Part shown: positions 47,279-57,542 of the stretch, piece by piece
Layout of the letters: each line of letters begins with the position of its first letter
Position numbering within the stretch: the stretch's first letter is position 1
Assembly (NCBI GenBank): GCA_044229845.1
Contig: JBGASG010000005.1
Coordinates: forward strand, 320,001-384,000
DNA from: Candidatus Obscuribacteraceae bacterium
GTDB taxonomy: Bacteria > Cyanobacteriota > Vampirovibrionia > Obscuribacterales > Obscuribacteraceae
Reading direction: 5' to 3'
Length of the DNA: 64,000 nt
Program-made: the position numbers and the translations under genes
The notes under the pieces: generated by a model
What the model saw: the letters and a program-made list of their open reading frames with translations, nothing else
The model's database searches: none
What the model was told of the DNA's origin: nothing

Positions 47279-47821
47279 TTAGAGTGGTGGTTCCTGGGTC
47301 AACAGAAGCTTGGCGCGTGTGCGTGCCACGGAGGCTTCCTCATCCTTGCCGAGCGCCGCCAACGCGTCGGACATCCCAATCCAGGCTTCTGCGTGTGACG
47401 GATCTATTTCCGCAGCGCGGGAAAACAGGTTTCTTGCCTGAGCAAACATGCCGGCATTAAAACGGTCGCGCGCCTTGCGGCAAACCATCAAGGCTCCGTC
47501 GCGCTTCATCTTGTCTTCGCTGACCGGCTGTTCCGGCGAATTGGCATTGAACCATTCGGTGAGCGCATCGTGCTTCGATAGAAACTCCTGCAAACGCGCG
47601 TCGGTTGGTTTCACCTGATCGATGGTGGCATTTGGATCTCGCTTACGCGCCTCAGCCAGCCCCTCCATCAGTGCTTCTCGCAACGCGCCGGCAATCAAAT
47701 CGAGCACGAAGTCCGGCATGCCCAGGAGGTTCTCCAGTCCCTCGGGTTCCATATGTTCCGCAAATCTGGCGCGGGCATCTGGATTGTCTCGCAGTTCCAT
47801 GAGAATTTCGCGGTACGACAT
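47279..47821 (-). CDS. Hypothetical protein with C-terminal TPR
   Basis: A.EIDP..AEAW.G...AL..LG...EA motif. Confidence 0.65.
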   Translation of the reverse strand: MSYREILMELRDNPDARARFAEHMEPEGLENLLGMPDFVLDLIAGALREALMEGLAEARKRDPNATIDQVKPTDARLQEFLSKHDALTEWFNANSPEQPVSEDKMKRDGALMVCRKARDRFNAGMFAQARNLFSRAAEIDPSHAEAWIGMSDALAALGKDEEASVARTRAKLLLTQEPPL

Positions 47822-47910
47822 CCGCTGTCGCTTAACGAAGTAATAGCGCGAGGGTGATGGACTGAGATAACGACCGATAGGGGTAGAATTAGCCATAGAG
47901 GAATCATGCC

Positions 47911-48342
47911 ATGTCTGACGAAAACAATGCCGGAATAACAGGCTCCTGGTGGGGCAACTATTATTATTCCTCGGCTACGAAAGCTTACGGCTTTGAGGCG
48001 GTGTTTGTCGACAGCAACGGCGCCCTCTCCGGCAACATCCTCGACATGGGCACGCTGGGTGAGGCAACCGTCACGGGGACGTTTTCGAGCCCGGTAGTCG
48101 GATTCACGAAGGTTTATTACAAGGGCGGTAACGCGCCTGTTAAGTACGACGGGACCATGTCCAGCGACGGCAAATCTATGACGGGTACCTGGCAAATTCC
48201 GCCGACTGCACGCGGTAGCTGGATCGCCTGGCGTATCGATGAAGAAGAGGGTCCCGAAGACCTGACACTCGACGAATCTGTTGATGAAGAAAAAGAGCGC
48301 GAGAAACAGCCCGTACGGCCGATGACCATGCCTGGACGCTAG
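47911..48342 (+). CDS. Hypothetical beta-barrel-like protein
   Basis: GAGGA RBS; G.W.G.Y, FTK.Y and Y.G.......G.W pattern. Confidence 0.65.
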   Translation: MSDENNAGITGSWWGNYYYSSATKAYGFEAVFVDSNGALSGNILDMGTLGEATVTGTFSSPVVGFTKVYYKGGNAPVKYDGTMSSDGKSMTGTWQIPPTARGSWIAWRIDEEEGPEDLTLDESVDEEKEREKQPVRPMTMPGR

Positions 48343-48433
48343 CCGAGCGCAGGGCGGCGGTGGGTAGTCCTCTTCCAGGTCTTATCGTATAGATCAACAT
48401 TGTCGCTGCCTGTGAATTATCAGCACTGGCTAG

Positions 48434-49021
48434 TTAGCAGGTCTGTGGGATGCTTTCGAGCAATTCTTTGGTGGCTTGCGCGTCGGTTATGCCGCGCAGC
48501 GCGTAAGACTTATCGCTGGTTGAGAGGCGCAAATACAGATCGGTGGTGCCATCTTTCTCTTCAACGAGATGGACCGACGTTAGTTTCTTCAAATCGATCG
48601 AACCGATGACACCATTAGCCGGCAACGATACGCAAATCAAGCGCTGATTAGTGACCGCATACGCACGGCCATCCAGCGCTCTGAACATCGTCAGGTATGA
48701 AACAACCATGGCGACCAAAAAGAAAACTACAGTCACCAGCGGATGCGTATCACGGATTACCATAACTGTGGCGACTCCCAGAAGCAAGATAGCCAGCACC
48801 ATCAAACCCACACCCGCCCACGACTTCTTAGCAAACTGCTCGCCATCCTGAACCAATCGCGTTATGCAGAGCCCAACGCGGCTTGGCCAGAAGAGCTGGA
48901 TGAACGGCAGACGCCTGCGATGTTCTTTGAACGTTGCCGACACCGTCTCGTCTGGTGCCAATGTGGTGGCAACCAGTTGATCGACTTTCGATTGTTCGAC
49001 CGGTGTCAAGTCTGTTTGCAT
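48434..49021 (-). CDS. Membrane protein with PH-like C-terminus
   Basis: Two TM helices; YAVTNQRL motif; GAGG RBS. Confidence 0.65.
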   Translation of the reverse strand: MQTDLTPVEQSKVDQLVATTLAPDETVSATFKEHRRRLPFIQLFWPSRVGLCITRLVQDGEQFAKKSWAGVGLMVLAILLLGVATVMVIRDTHPLVTVVFFLVAMVVSYLTMFRALDGRAYAVTNQRLICVSLPANGVIGSIDLKKLTSVHLVEEKDGTTDLYLRLSTSDKSYALRGITDAQATKELLESIPQTC

Positions 49022-49033
49022 AAAACCTCGTAT

Positions 49034-49663
49034 TCAGACAACCAAGTCTACTACGACTGCGGGATTGGCCAAGTGATACCAGATGTCTACCGAAGCGGCA
49101 TTCACAAATAATGTGTCGCCGTGCTGTTCCTGTCCATAGGCTTCATGAATATGCCCGAAGCAGTGAACGCGAGGCTGCACCTTGTCGACCCGCTCGCGCA
49201 GGTGTTCGCAGCCTACACGCGTCCCGAACTTCACCCGATCGAGAATGCCATGCGGTGGGCCATGGGTGATCAAAACATCGACATCGTCAGGAATCCGGCG
49301 CCATTTGTCAGCTAGCTCGGCAGACTTGCGCGGCAAATTAAATGCCCATCGTCCGAAGGCGGGCTGCCAGGGACTGCCGTAGAGTTTTAAACCATCCACC
49401 TCAGTTCCTTCATCTTCCAGATAGGTGAATTGATTGAGAGCCTGGCGGGCAGCGTCTTGTTCGCGCTGAAACGGCCAGTCGTGGTTGCCGGCGACGACGA
49501 TCTTGTGTTTGTGCGGCAGAGCCTGGAAGTCCTTGCGAAACTGCTCCACTTCAGGCATCGTGCCCGCACTGCAGAAATCGCCGCAGTGAATCAGAATGTC
49601 GCCGTCCGGAACATCCATGCGGGACAAGAGATTGTGCGTGTCGCTGATGATTACCAGTCGCAT
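49034..49663 (-). CDS. Metallophosphoesterase
   Basis: SDTH, HCGD, GNHD, THGPP and GHIHE motifs. Confidence 0.9.
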   Translation of the reverse strand: MRLVIISDTHNLLSRMDVPDGDILIHCGDFCSAGTMPEVEQFRKDFQALPHKHKIVVAGNHDWPFQREQDAARQALNQFTYLEDEGTEVDGLKLYGSPWQPAFGRWAFNLPRKSAELADKWRRIPDDVDVLITHGPPHGILDRVKFGTRVGCEHLRERVDKVQPRVHCFGHIHEAYGQEQHGDTLFVNAASVDIWYHLANPAVVVDLVV

Positions 49664-49678
49664 TGCAAGTTTGTCGCA

Positions 49679-50323
49679 TCAAAGCGAATCGTGGGTGTGT
49701 CGCAACTTGCGCAGCAACTGCGGCAAGCAGCAAATGATGGCACGGGCGGCCGGCGAAAGCGACTGGTGCAGCACCACGTAATAAAGCTCGCTGGCGCCTT
49801 TCGGATGAATCTGCACGCTGCAGGTTTCTTTATTACGCTTGACGTCGCCGGAAATCTCAGAGTAGTGAAGTTTTCCGTCGGGGAGGGTGAATTCCAGGTC
49901 GACGCCATCGAGAAAAAACGTGGTGATCAGTCCTTCGTCCGAACGGAAGTCCCAGCCTTTGCGTTTGCCGGCGGCGGTCACTTCGGTAGTTTTCTCCAAC
50001 CAGGTGCGGCGCTTGAGGTATTTGCAGTTGAAGACGATTTCGTAGCCGGCGCCGTAGAATATCGTTCCCGCTGCTTCTCCGTCTTCGGTGAGAGCGAGTG
50101 TATTCCATTCTGCTTCCGCAGGCAAAATCATGACGGTCAGGCAACTCTGCCGGTCGAGCCCGCCACGCCGCGACGCACCCCAGACATCGTCAAGGCTGCG
50201 AGATGCCAGAAACCGATCGACTGCCTGGGCATGCCTTTGCCGGCGCAGCACATGCGCCACTCCCACCACCGCAAATCCGGTGAAGAGGGCGAAGACAATG
50301 ATGATTATGTAGGCGCCTGTCAT
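49679..50323 (-). CDS. Hypothetical protein with N-terminal TM
   Basis: Overlaps the VOC gene stop; hydrophobic N-terminus. Confidence 0.55.
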   Translation of the reverse strand: MTGAYIIIIVFALFTGFAVVGVAHVLRRQRHAQAVDRFLASRSLDDVWGASRRGGLDRQSCLTVMILPAEAEWNTLALTEDGEAAGTIFYGAGYEIVFNCKYLKRRTWLEKTTEVTAAGKRKGWDFRSDEGLITTFFLDGVDLEFTLPDGKLHYSEISGDVKRNKETCSVQIHPKGASELYYVVLHQSLSPAARAIICCLPQLLRKLRHTHDSL

Positions 50324-50682
50324 TCTTCTGGCGATTGACTGATCCGCAAAATGTGACCATCAGGGTGCTGAATGTGCATTTCGCGCACACCCCACGGCTC
50401 GTCGGTGGGTGGCCATGTAATCTTGATACCCATCTTCAAGCAATGTGCGTAAATGGGATCGACGGCATCGACCCAGATACTCATCCAGACGCCGTTTTCC
50501 CCACGTCCGCCCTGGTCGCCGTCGCAGAGGAAAATTTCGGCGCCGTCTTCAGCGCACACGGCTCCGAATGTCGGCGGCTCGCCCCAGTCGAATCCTCGCT
50601 TCCAACCCCATTTTTCAAACCAGGCAAAACTTTCTAAGACGCTGGAGACATTCAAAATCGGGGTGATGTGGCTTACTTTCAT
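50320..50682 (-). CDS. VOC/glyoxalase/bleomycin-resistance family protein
   Basis: PTDEPWGVREM...PDGH.LR motif. Confidence 0.85.
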   Translation of the reverse strand: MKVSHITPILNVSSVLESFAWFEKWGWKRGFDWGEPPTFGAVCAEDGAEIFLCDGDQGGRGENGVWMSIWVDAVDPIYAHCLKMGIKITWPPTDEPWGVREMHIQHPDGHILRISQSPEE

Positions 50683-50867
50683 GGTTCAGTTAGATTCCTC
50701 CGGGCGGCGATCGGCGCCTCTGGCACCGGATGTGGTGGCATCTGCGAGTATGTCGGGCGCAGTCTATAGTTTTTGCTTGCCAAGGGCAAATTTTATGTTT
50801 GGAGCGATACGAACCCCATAGTTGGCTGGGCACGTATAAGTCTAGAACTTCCGGAGTAACGTTACCG

Positions 50868-51821
50868 ATGACAAAATCCCCCGATGTCGCCCAGAAGACT
50901 GGTTGCAGGCTGGTAACCCGCAGCGACTTTGACGGTCTGGTGTGCGCTGTGCTGCTCAAGCACCTCAATATGATTGACAACATCCTGTTTGTGCACCCGA
51001 AAGACATGCAGGACGGCAAAATCGAAATTACCGACAACGACATTACTACCAACTTGCCGTATGTCGATGGAGTGCATCTGGCCTTCGACCACCACTCCAG
51101 TGAGATGTCTCGCAACAAGGATCACAAATCGAACCACATCATCGACCCGAAAGCCATGTCTGCTGCGCGCGTCGTGCATGATTACTTCGGGGGAACCAGC
51201 GTATTTCCGACCCGCTGGAACGACATGATGGTCGCCGTGGATAAGGCTGATGCCGCGCAGTTTTCCAAGGAAGAGATACTCGAACCCAAAGACTGGGTGC
51301 TACTCAATTACTTGATGGACCCCCGCACCGGTCTGGGTCGTTTCCGCAATTTCCGCGTCTCGAACTACCAGCTGATGATGGATCTCATCGATTACTGCAA
51401 AGACCACGACATCGGCGACATCATGAAAATGCCCGATGTGCAGGAGCGCGTCGATCTCTACTTCGAGCAAGCCGAGAAGTTCAAAGAGCAAGTGAAGCGC
51501 TGTTCGCAGATTCACAAGAACTTGATTGTACTGAAGCTCAAAGATGAAGAAACGATCCATGCCGGCAACCGCTTCATGATTTATGCCCTCTATCCTGATA
51601 TCAACATCTCCATCCACGAAATGTGGGGACTGAAGAATCAGAACACCGTCTACGCGATCGGTAAGTCGATCGTCAATCGCAGTTCTAAAACCAACATCGG
51701 CGAACTGTGCCTGAAGTACGGCGGCGGCGGTCACGAAAATGCCGGCACCTGCCAGATCGACAACGATAAGGCTGACGGTGTGCTCAAAGAACTGATTGAA
51801 AAGATCACTGCCGACGGCTAA
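50868..51821 (+). CDS. DHH-family phosphoesterase (exopolyphosphatase/nanoRNase-like)
   Basis: RSDFDG, FDHH and GGGGHENAG motifs. Confidence 0.85.
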   Translation: MTKSPDVAQKTGCRLVTRSDFDGLVCAVLLKHLNMIDNILFVHPKDMQDGKIEITDNDITTNLPYVDGVHLAFDHHSSEMSRNKDHKSNHIIDPKAMSAARVVHDYFGGTSVFPTRWNDMMVAVDKADAAQFSKEEILEPKDWVLLNYLMDPRTGLGRFRNFRVSNYQLMMDLIDYCKDHDIGDIMKMPDVQERVDLYFEQAEKFKEQVKRCSQIHKNLIVLKLKDEETIHAGNRFMIYALYPDINISIHEMWGLKNQNTVYAIGKSIVNRSSKTNIGELCLKYGGGGHENAGTCQIDNDKADGVLKELIEKITADG

Positions 51822-51832
51822 GACGAGCGGCG

Positions 51833-52780
51833 ATGACATTTGATCAATCAAACACTCTTAAAAGGAAAGCGGCTCTTGGAGCCGCTTTCCTGTACTTTTT
51901 GCTGGTCTGCACACCAGCACTGGCAGCTGAGAGTTTCGAAGAATTGATGGCAGGCGCTGACGCTGCATACTCGAAGGGAAAGTATGTCGACGCGATCAAT
52001 GGCTATCGCAAGGCGTTGGCGGAAGCAGAGAAATCAGGGGACAAGCAGAATATCGGGTTAGTGCTGTCAGACATCTCCTATGTCTCGGTGCTGGTCGGCA
52101 CTTATTCAGAAGGTGTCACTGCTGCCGAGCGCGGCATAGCGATCAGCAAGGAAACTAAAGACGAGAAACGGCAAGCTACCTTTCTGGTCAACCTGGCCAA
52201 TCTTGTCGGCGCACAGGGAGATTTGAACTCTGCCCTCAATTACGCCAAGGAGGCGGTTGAGATACGCGAGCGCATCTTGAAGCCGAACGATGCGTCTCTG
52301 GCGCAGGCGTACAACGACTTGGCGGGCAACTACATGCATCTGCGCAAAGTCACAGAGGCTGAAACCAACTACAAGCGCGCCTTGAAGATCTACGAGGACA
52401 ACGGCGACCCTCGTGCCGCGGCATGTTATTCCAATCTCTCGTTAGTGTGCGTTGAACAGGGCAAAGGAGACGAAGCCGAGCAACTGGCGCAGAAAGCGCT
52501 GGCAATCGATGAGAAGAACAAGGGACCAGATCATCCGTGGGTAGCTGCGGACGCAGCGGCACTGGCAACTATCTATTTTGCGCAGGGCAAGTATACTCAG
52601 GTTGAACCCCTGATCAAACGTGCGCTCGCCATTGAAGAAAAGGCAGCTGGACCACAGAGCGAAGGTCTAGCAGAGATGCTCGATATCTACTCTCAAACAC
52701 TCGCCAAGCTGGGGCGGCAGAACGAGTCTAAAGAGTGTGCGGTGCGTGCCAATTCAATTCGGACAAATCTGCAGCATTGA
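51833..52780 (+). CDS. Secreted TPR protein
   Basis: Signal peptide; kinesin-light-chain-type TPRs (RAL.I.E...GP). Confidence 0.8.
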   Translation: MTFDQSNTLKRKAALGAAFLYFLLVCTPALAAESFEELMAGADAAYSKGKYVDAINGYRKALAEAEKSGDKQNIGLVLSDISYVSVLVGTYSEGVTAAERGIAISKETKDEKRQATFLVNLANLVGAQGDLNSALNYAKEAVEIRERILKPNDASLAQAYNDLAGNYMHLRKVTEAETNYKRALKIYEDNGDPRAAACYSNLSLVCVEQGKGDEAEQLAQKALAIDEKNKGPDHPWVAADAAALATIYFAQGKYTQVEPLIKRALAIEEKAAGPQSEGLAEMLDIYSQTLAKLGRQNESKECAVRANSIRTNLQH

Positions 52781-53416
52781 AGCTGTTTCTTCCTGCAACT
52801 CATATGACGCAATGACGCGGTGCAGCCCGTCGAAAATCAACACATAGCTGATTCCCTGCAGCAAGTATTGCCACATTGGTGCCATCGCGTCCGACGACAA
52901 AGTGTCGGAGGACATGGCGGTTACAAGCTGCGATGCAAATATAAACAACACACTGCAGACTACCGGCATCAGCAGTCCGACGGAGAATTCGAAGCCGGAC
53001 AGCAGCGCATTTCGAACGTGGTGGCGCGGTCCGGAGATATTAAATGCAAGCAGTATGCAGGCTGGCAACCCGGCAAGGAACGGCATCAGAATACCCAACT
53101 CGCCCAGGAAGTGCATCTGGTGGAACGCGATAGTCGGCAGCAGCGCGATTCCCAGCCCGCTGGCTAAGATCAAGCACAGCGATAACCAGATGGTGACTGT
53201 GCGGACGGGATTCGGGATAAGAGACTTTCGCTGCTGCGACAGCTTAACGACCAGTCCAGCCCAATAGACCAGCGGCAAGAACGAACAGAATGACGCAATC
53301 GACGCCCAGACCGCGACCAACAGCAAACTCGCCAGTTGTGCAACGATGACACGATAGCGCAGGGACCGCAACCCTGCTCTATCGAGCGAGCCTGTGACTT
53401 GTGTGAACTGCATCAT
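52754..53416 (-). CDS. Multi-TM hypothetical protein
   Basis: About six hydrophobic segments. Confidence 0.55.
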   Translation of the reverse strand: MMQFTQVTGSLDRAGLRSLRYRVIVAQLASLLLVAVWASIASFCSFLPLVYWAGLVVKLSQQRKSLIPNPVRTVTIWLSLCLILASGLGIALLPTIAFHQMHFLGELGILMPFLAGLPACILLAFNISGPRHHVRNALLSGFEFSVGLLMPVVCSVLFIFASQLVTAMSSDTLSSDAMAPMWQYLLQGISYVLIFDGLHRVIASYELQEETASMLQICPN

Positions 53417-53457
53417 GTAGTTCCACTATACCCCCTCCACCGATTTAATGAAGAGTC

Positions 53458-55221
53458 TTAAACGGAACGCGGACGTTCGAACTGTGCGGCCAGAAGGCGC
53501 GAGTAGGACCCGTCGGCGGCTGACAGTTCATCGTGGGACCCCGTCTCGACGATGGAGCCATTTTCGAGAACGATGATTTGATCGGCGTGGCGGACGGTGG
53601 AGAGACGGTGAGCGATGACGATCACGGTACGTCCTTCCATCAGTTTATTGAGCGCGGACTGCACCATGGCCTCCGATTCGTTATCTAGAGAGCTGGTGGC
53701 TTCATCGAGAATGATCACCGGTGCGTTTTTCAAGAAAGCGCGCGCGATAGACAATCTTTGTTGCTGTCCGCCAGACAGGCGAATGCCGCGCTCACCGATA
53801 ACGGTTTGATAGCCGGCAGGAAACTCTTGAATAAAGTCATGGCAGTAAGCTGCCTTCGCCGCTTCTTCGATTTCGGCGCGGGTGGCTCCCAGTTTGCCCA
53901 GAGCGATGTTCTCTTGAATGGTGGTATTGAAGAGGAAATTATCCTGCGTGACCATGGCGATCTGATCGCGCAGCGATGCCAGTGTGAAGTCGCGCACCGG
54001 CGATCCGTCTATTTGCACTGCACCGCCGGTGACGTCGTAGAAACGCGGAATCAGGTGAATCATCGTGCTCTTGCCGGAGCCGGACAAGCCAACCAGTGCC
54101 ACCATGCGCCCGGCGGGAATGTCAAAACTGATATCGCGCAGCACCATTTGCGGTGCACGTTCGTCACCGACCGTCGGATAGTGGAAGAACACGTTTTTGA
54201 ACGCAATCGAATGCGAGCCGGGCGCCAATTCGCGGGCGCCGGGCAGATCAGTCAGTTCCGCCTGCCGATCGAGAACGTCGAACACTCGATTGGCGGCAGC
54301 CAGGGCCGGCTGAATGACACCATTGATGCGACCGATGTTTTTGATCGGCGAGTAGAGCAGCAGCAGGGCGATGACGAATGAGGTCAGTGAACCGACGGTC
54401 ATCTGGTGATGTGTCACCTGATAGCCGGCCACCCAGATCACAGCCGCTATACCGATAGCGCCAATCATGGCCAATATCGGTGAGAGCATGGCTTCGTGGC
54501 GGATTGCCTTGGTCGTATTTGCAAAAAATGCCTGGTTGGTCTTCATGAAACGGTCGATCTGAAAACCTTGCAAGTTGAACGATTGAACGACCTTGGCGCC
54601 CTGGATCGATTCAGAAATCACCGCCACCAGATCGCCGACATTTTCCTGGCTGCTGCGGCTCGACTTGCGAATCTTCTTGCCGAAGATACTGACGGGAATG
54701 ACGATCAACGAAAGGATTGCCACCGCGATCAAACTCAGTTTCCAGCTGAATGTCTGCGAAATGGCGTTTTCGATGATGCCGATATCGTTAATCATGCGCC
54801 CGATCAAAATGCCGGATGACTGCGACTGGAAGAAGAGCAGCGGCTGTTTCTCAATGTGCTGGAAGACTTCATTGCGTAAATCGCGGATGGCAGCGCCGCC
54901 GACATAGCGCACGGTGAATGCTTCTAAGAAACGGAAGAAACCTTGCAGTGCCGCAATTGCCAGCACCACCAGCGGAACATAGTAGATCAGCCCCTGGTTT
55001 CCCTCTATAAAAATCCATTGCAAGCCGCGACCGGCAAGCCAGGCAATCGCCGCGTCCATGCCTCCGGAAGGCAAAGCGGCGAGCATACCGACAGCGAACG
55101 GCACCCAATATGGCTTGATGTATTGGAGCAAACGTCCATACAACTGCCACTGAGTCGCCTGCGGTTTGCTGTCCGCTGTTGCGACTTCATCACGTGGTAG
55201 CGTCTTTGGTGCCACTGTCAA
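53458..55221 (-). CDS. msbA: ABC transporter, MsbA-like (TMD+NBD)
   Basis: Walker A GLSGSGKS, LSGGQQQR, LDEATS and AHRLST motifs; adjacent to lpxB. Confidence 0.8.
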   Translation of the reverse strand: MTVAPKTLPRDEVATADSKPQATQWQLYGRLLQYIKPYWVPFAVGMLAALPSGGMDAAIAWLAGRGLQWIFIEGNQGLIYYVPLVVLAIAALQGFFRFLEAFTVRYVGGAAIRDLRNEVFQHIEKQPLLFFQSQSSGILIGRMINDIGIIENAISQTFSWKLSLIAVAILSLIVIPVSIFGKKIRKSSRSSQENVGDLVAVISESIQGAKVVQSFNLQGFQIDRFMKTNQAFFANTTKAIRHEAMLSPILAMIGAIGIAAVIWVAGYQVTHHQMTVGSLTSFVIALLLLYSPIKNIGRINGVIQPALAAANRVFDVLDRQAELTDLPGARELAPGSHSIAFKNVFFHYPTVGDERAPQMVLRDISFDIPAGRMVALVGLSGSGKSTMIHLIPRFYDVTGGAVQIDGSPVRDFTLASLRDQIAMVTQDNFLFNTTIQENIALGKLGATRAEIEEAAKAAYCHDFIQEFPAGYQTVIGERGIRLSGGQQQRLSIARAFLKNAPVIILDEATSSLDNESEAMVQSALNKLMEGRTVIVIAHRLSTVRHADQIIVLENGSIVETGSHDELSAADGSYSRLLAAQFERPRSV

Positions 55222-56459
55222 ACCGTTGTCTTCGCTCCTGCTTCGGCTCCGTTAATCACAGCCAGGACTTCCTGCGCCGCGACATCATCGAATTTGGTAG
55301 AACCTAATTGCTCGTGGATTTTGCCGAGTTTCTCCACGGTCGATTGGCGCGCCCCGGGCACTTCCAGCCAGTCGCGGGTATATTTTACGAACAGTTCCGC
55401 TCGACAATCCAGTTGGAAAAGTTCAGGAACCACGCCGCCTGTGAGCAAATTCGGCAAGCCAATCCAGCGCACCCTCTTGAAAAGCAGCACCAGCAGATAG
55501 CTGGGCCAGTCGGCGCGATAGAAGATCAGCATCGGCTTCTTCATTAAACCGGCTTCAAGTGTCGTGGTTCCGGACTTTGCCCAGACGATGTCCGCTGCCG
55601 CCATCAGGTCGCTGCTGTCGCCAACATGCGCCACCTTGAGTTGCGAGCCGCTGCGCGGTCCGTACTTAATAATCAGTTCTGTGAGGCGTTCAGAAAATTT
55701 GTCGTTGGCTTGCGATATCACAAACTGCACATCAGGAAGGTCGCGAGACAACCAGCTGATCGCCTGCATGGCGGGCGGCACGTTGTCTTCAATCTCTCGC
55801 CTGCGACTGCCGGGAAAAACGCCGACCAGAGGTTTCGTCTGGTCGAGATGGTACTTCTCGCAGATCTGTTCACGTTTCTTCTGATAGTCGATGGAGTCGA
55901 ATTGGCTGGCCAACGGGTGTCCGACAAACTTGGCGGGAATGCCGCGCGTCTTGTACCAGGTTTCTTCGAACGGAAAAATGACCAGCATCCTGTCGATTAC
56001 TTTGCCGATGGTCTTAGCGCGCCAGGGGCGAGAACCCCATACTTGGGGCGAAATCAAGAAAATGATTTGCATCTTGGGCAAACGTTTTTTGATCATCTTC
56101 GCCAGCGAGAGATGAAATCCGCCGTAGTCTATTAAAAGCACGGCATCCGGTTGGCGCTCGGCGATTAGATCAACGAGAGCCTTGCGCAATGCCGCCAGAC
56201 GCGGGAGATGCTTGATCACATTGGCGATGCCGAACGTGGAGTAGTTCTCAAAATTGACTTCGACACGCATGCCTGCATCTTCCATCCTCTGGCTGCCCAT
56301 GCCCCAGATGTCGATGCCCGGTTCTAATTGACGCAACTTGCCGATCACGCGCGTAGCGTGAATGGAAGCTGAATGATCGCCCACGGAGAGAAACAGCTGC
56401 TTGCCGCGAACAGGCAGCGCCGTCTTTTCGCCACTATCTGTTGATGACGGTACCGACAT
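55218..56459 (-). CDS. lpxB: Lipid-A-disaccharide synthase
   Basis: SPQVW, IFPFE, FVGHPL, PGSRRREI and SGTTTLE motifs. Confidence 0.9.
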   Translation of the reverse strand: MSVPSSTDSGEKTALPVRGKQLFLSVGDHSASIHATRVIGKLRQLEPGIDIWGMGSQRMEDAGMRVEVNFENYSTFGIANVIKHLPRLAALRKALVDLIAERQPDAVLLIDYGGFHLSLAKMIKKRLPKMQIIFLISPQVWGSRPWRAKTIGKVIDRMLVIFPFEETWYKTRGIPAKFVGHPLASQFDSIDYQKKREQICEKYHLDQTKPLVGVFPGSRRREIEDNVPPAMQAISWLSRDLPDVQFVISQANDKFSERLTELIIKYGPRSGSQLKVAHVGDSSDLMAAADIVWAKSGTTTLEAGLMKKPMLIFYRADWPSYLLVLLFKRVRWIGLPNLLTGGVVPELFQLDCRAELFVKYTRDWLEVPGARQSTVEKLGKIHEQLGSTKFDDVAAQEVLAVINGAEAGAKTTV

Positions 56460-57189
56460 GCAGTGCAACCGAACCGAGAGCCAGCGGAATATGCCGTACA
56501 TTGCTAAGCCCTGCCTGTTCGAACATGGCGGTCAACTTAGCGGGTGTGGGATATGTGTTCAATGATTCAGGCAAATAGGTATAGGCGCTGCGGTCGTTTT
56601 GCAAAACCGAGCCGATCATCGGCACTACATGCCTGAAATAAAGTTTGAATGCGGGCGCGAACACAGGCGTGGTGCTGTGCCCGAGATCAAGGTTGATTAC
56701 CAGACCACCGGGTTTGACGACGCGCGCCATCTCATTCAGTCCGGCTTGCAAATCGGTGAGATTGCGCAGACCGAAACTGATTACTGCACCATCGAAAGTG
56801 GCATCGACGAAAGGCAGTGCCTGCGCATCGCCCTGAATGAAATCGACGCCACAGCTGAAGTCGTTGCGCGTTTTAGCTTGTTGCAGGCGGCGCTCCGCCA
56901 CCTCCAGCATGCCGCTCGAAAAGTCCAGGCCGACCACTTCGGCTTTCTCCGTCAGGCGCGCCGCCAGCGAAAGTGCCAGGTCGCCGGTGCCGCAGCAAAC
57001 ATCCAGATATTTGCCGTCAGCACCAGATGTGGTGCGCATCAATTCGGTGAGCGTGCGCGACTTCCAGCTGCGATGCATGCCCATGCTGATCGCGTCGTTG
57101 GTCAGGTCGTATCCGCGCGCGATGCGATCAAACTGTTTCTCGACGTAAGCAGCTTTGTCTTCGCGTGTGGGCAATTGAAATGATGGCAT
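56434..57189 (-). CDS. ubiE: Demethylmenaquinone/ubiquinone methyltransferase
   Basis: FDRIARGYDLTN, LDVCCGTGD, SFGLRN and AYTYLPES motifs. Confidence 0.9.
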   Translation of the reverse strand: MPSFQLPTREDKAAYVEKQFDRIARGYDLTNDAISMGMHRSWKSRTLTELMRTTSGADGKYLDVCCGTGDLALSLAARLTEKAEVVGLDFSSGMLEVAERRLQQAKTRNDFSCGVDFIQGDAQALPFVDATFDGAVISFGLRNLTDLQAGLNEMARVVKPGGLVINLDLGHSTTPVFAPAFKLYFRHVVPMIGSVLQNDRSAYTYLPESLNTYPTPAKLTAMFEQAGLSNVRHIPLALGSVALHVGTVINR

Positions 57190-57190
57190 A

Positions 57191-57427
57191 TCAGGGTCTG
57201 ACGAAGCCGAATCCAAGAATCGTGCAGACGGTGAGGAAGAGCCCCACTATCGTCCAGGTGAGCTTGTCGAGCCCGGCTTCGGCGCCGCGCTTGCCGGAAA
57301 ACATGACGGCCATGCCGCCGATACCGCCCATGCCTTCGGCTTTGGGAGCATGCAACAAAATCATGCCGATCAGCACCAGTCCGAGCAGGCAGGTGACGAT
57401 GAGCAGAGCTATGTAAACCGGGTTCAT
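57191..57427 (-). CDS. secG: Preprotein translocase SecG
   Basis: ILLHAPKAEGMGG..G...F....GAE..LDKLTW motif. Confidence 0.88.
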   Translation of the reverse strand: MNPVYIALLIVTCLLGLVLIGMILLHAPKAEGMGGIGGMAVMFSGKRGAEAGLDKLTWTIVGLFLTVCTILGFGFVRP

Positions 57428-57542
57428 TGATGCCTCGATGCAAAGGTCGCAAAACAGGCATTATATCGCGTATTCATAATCTGCCTGCGCCCTCTGAGTA
57501 GCCTTTAAAGATTGATGTCCTCTTTCCCATCAAATTCGCGAA

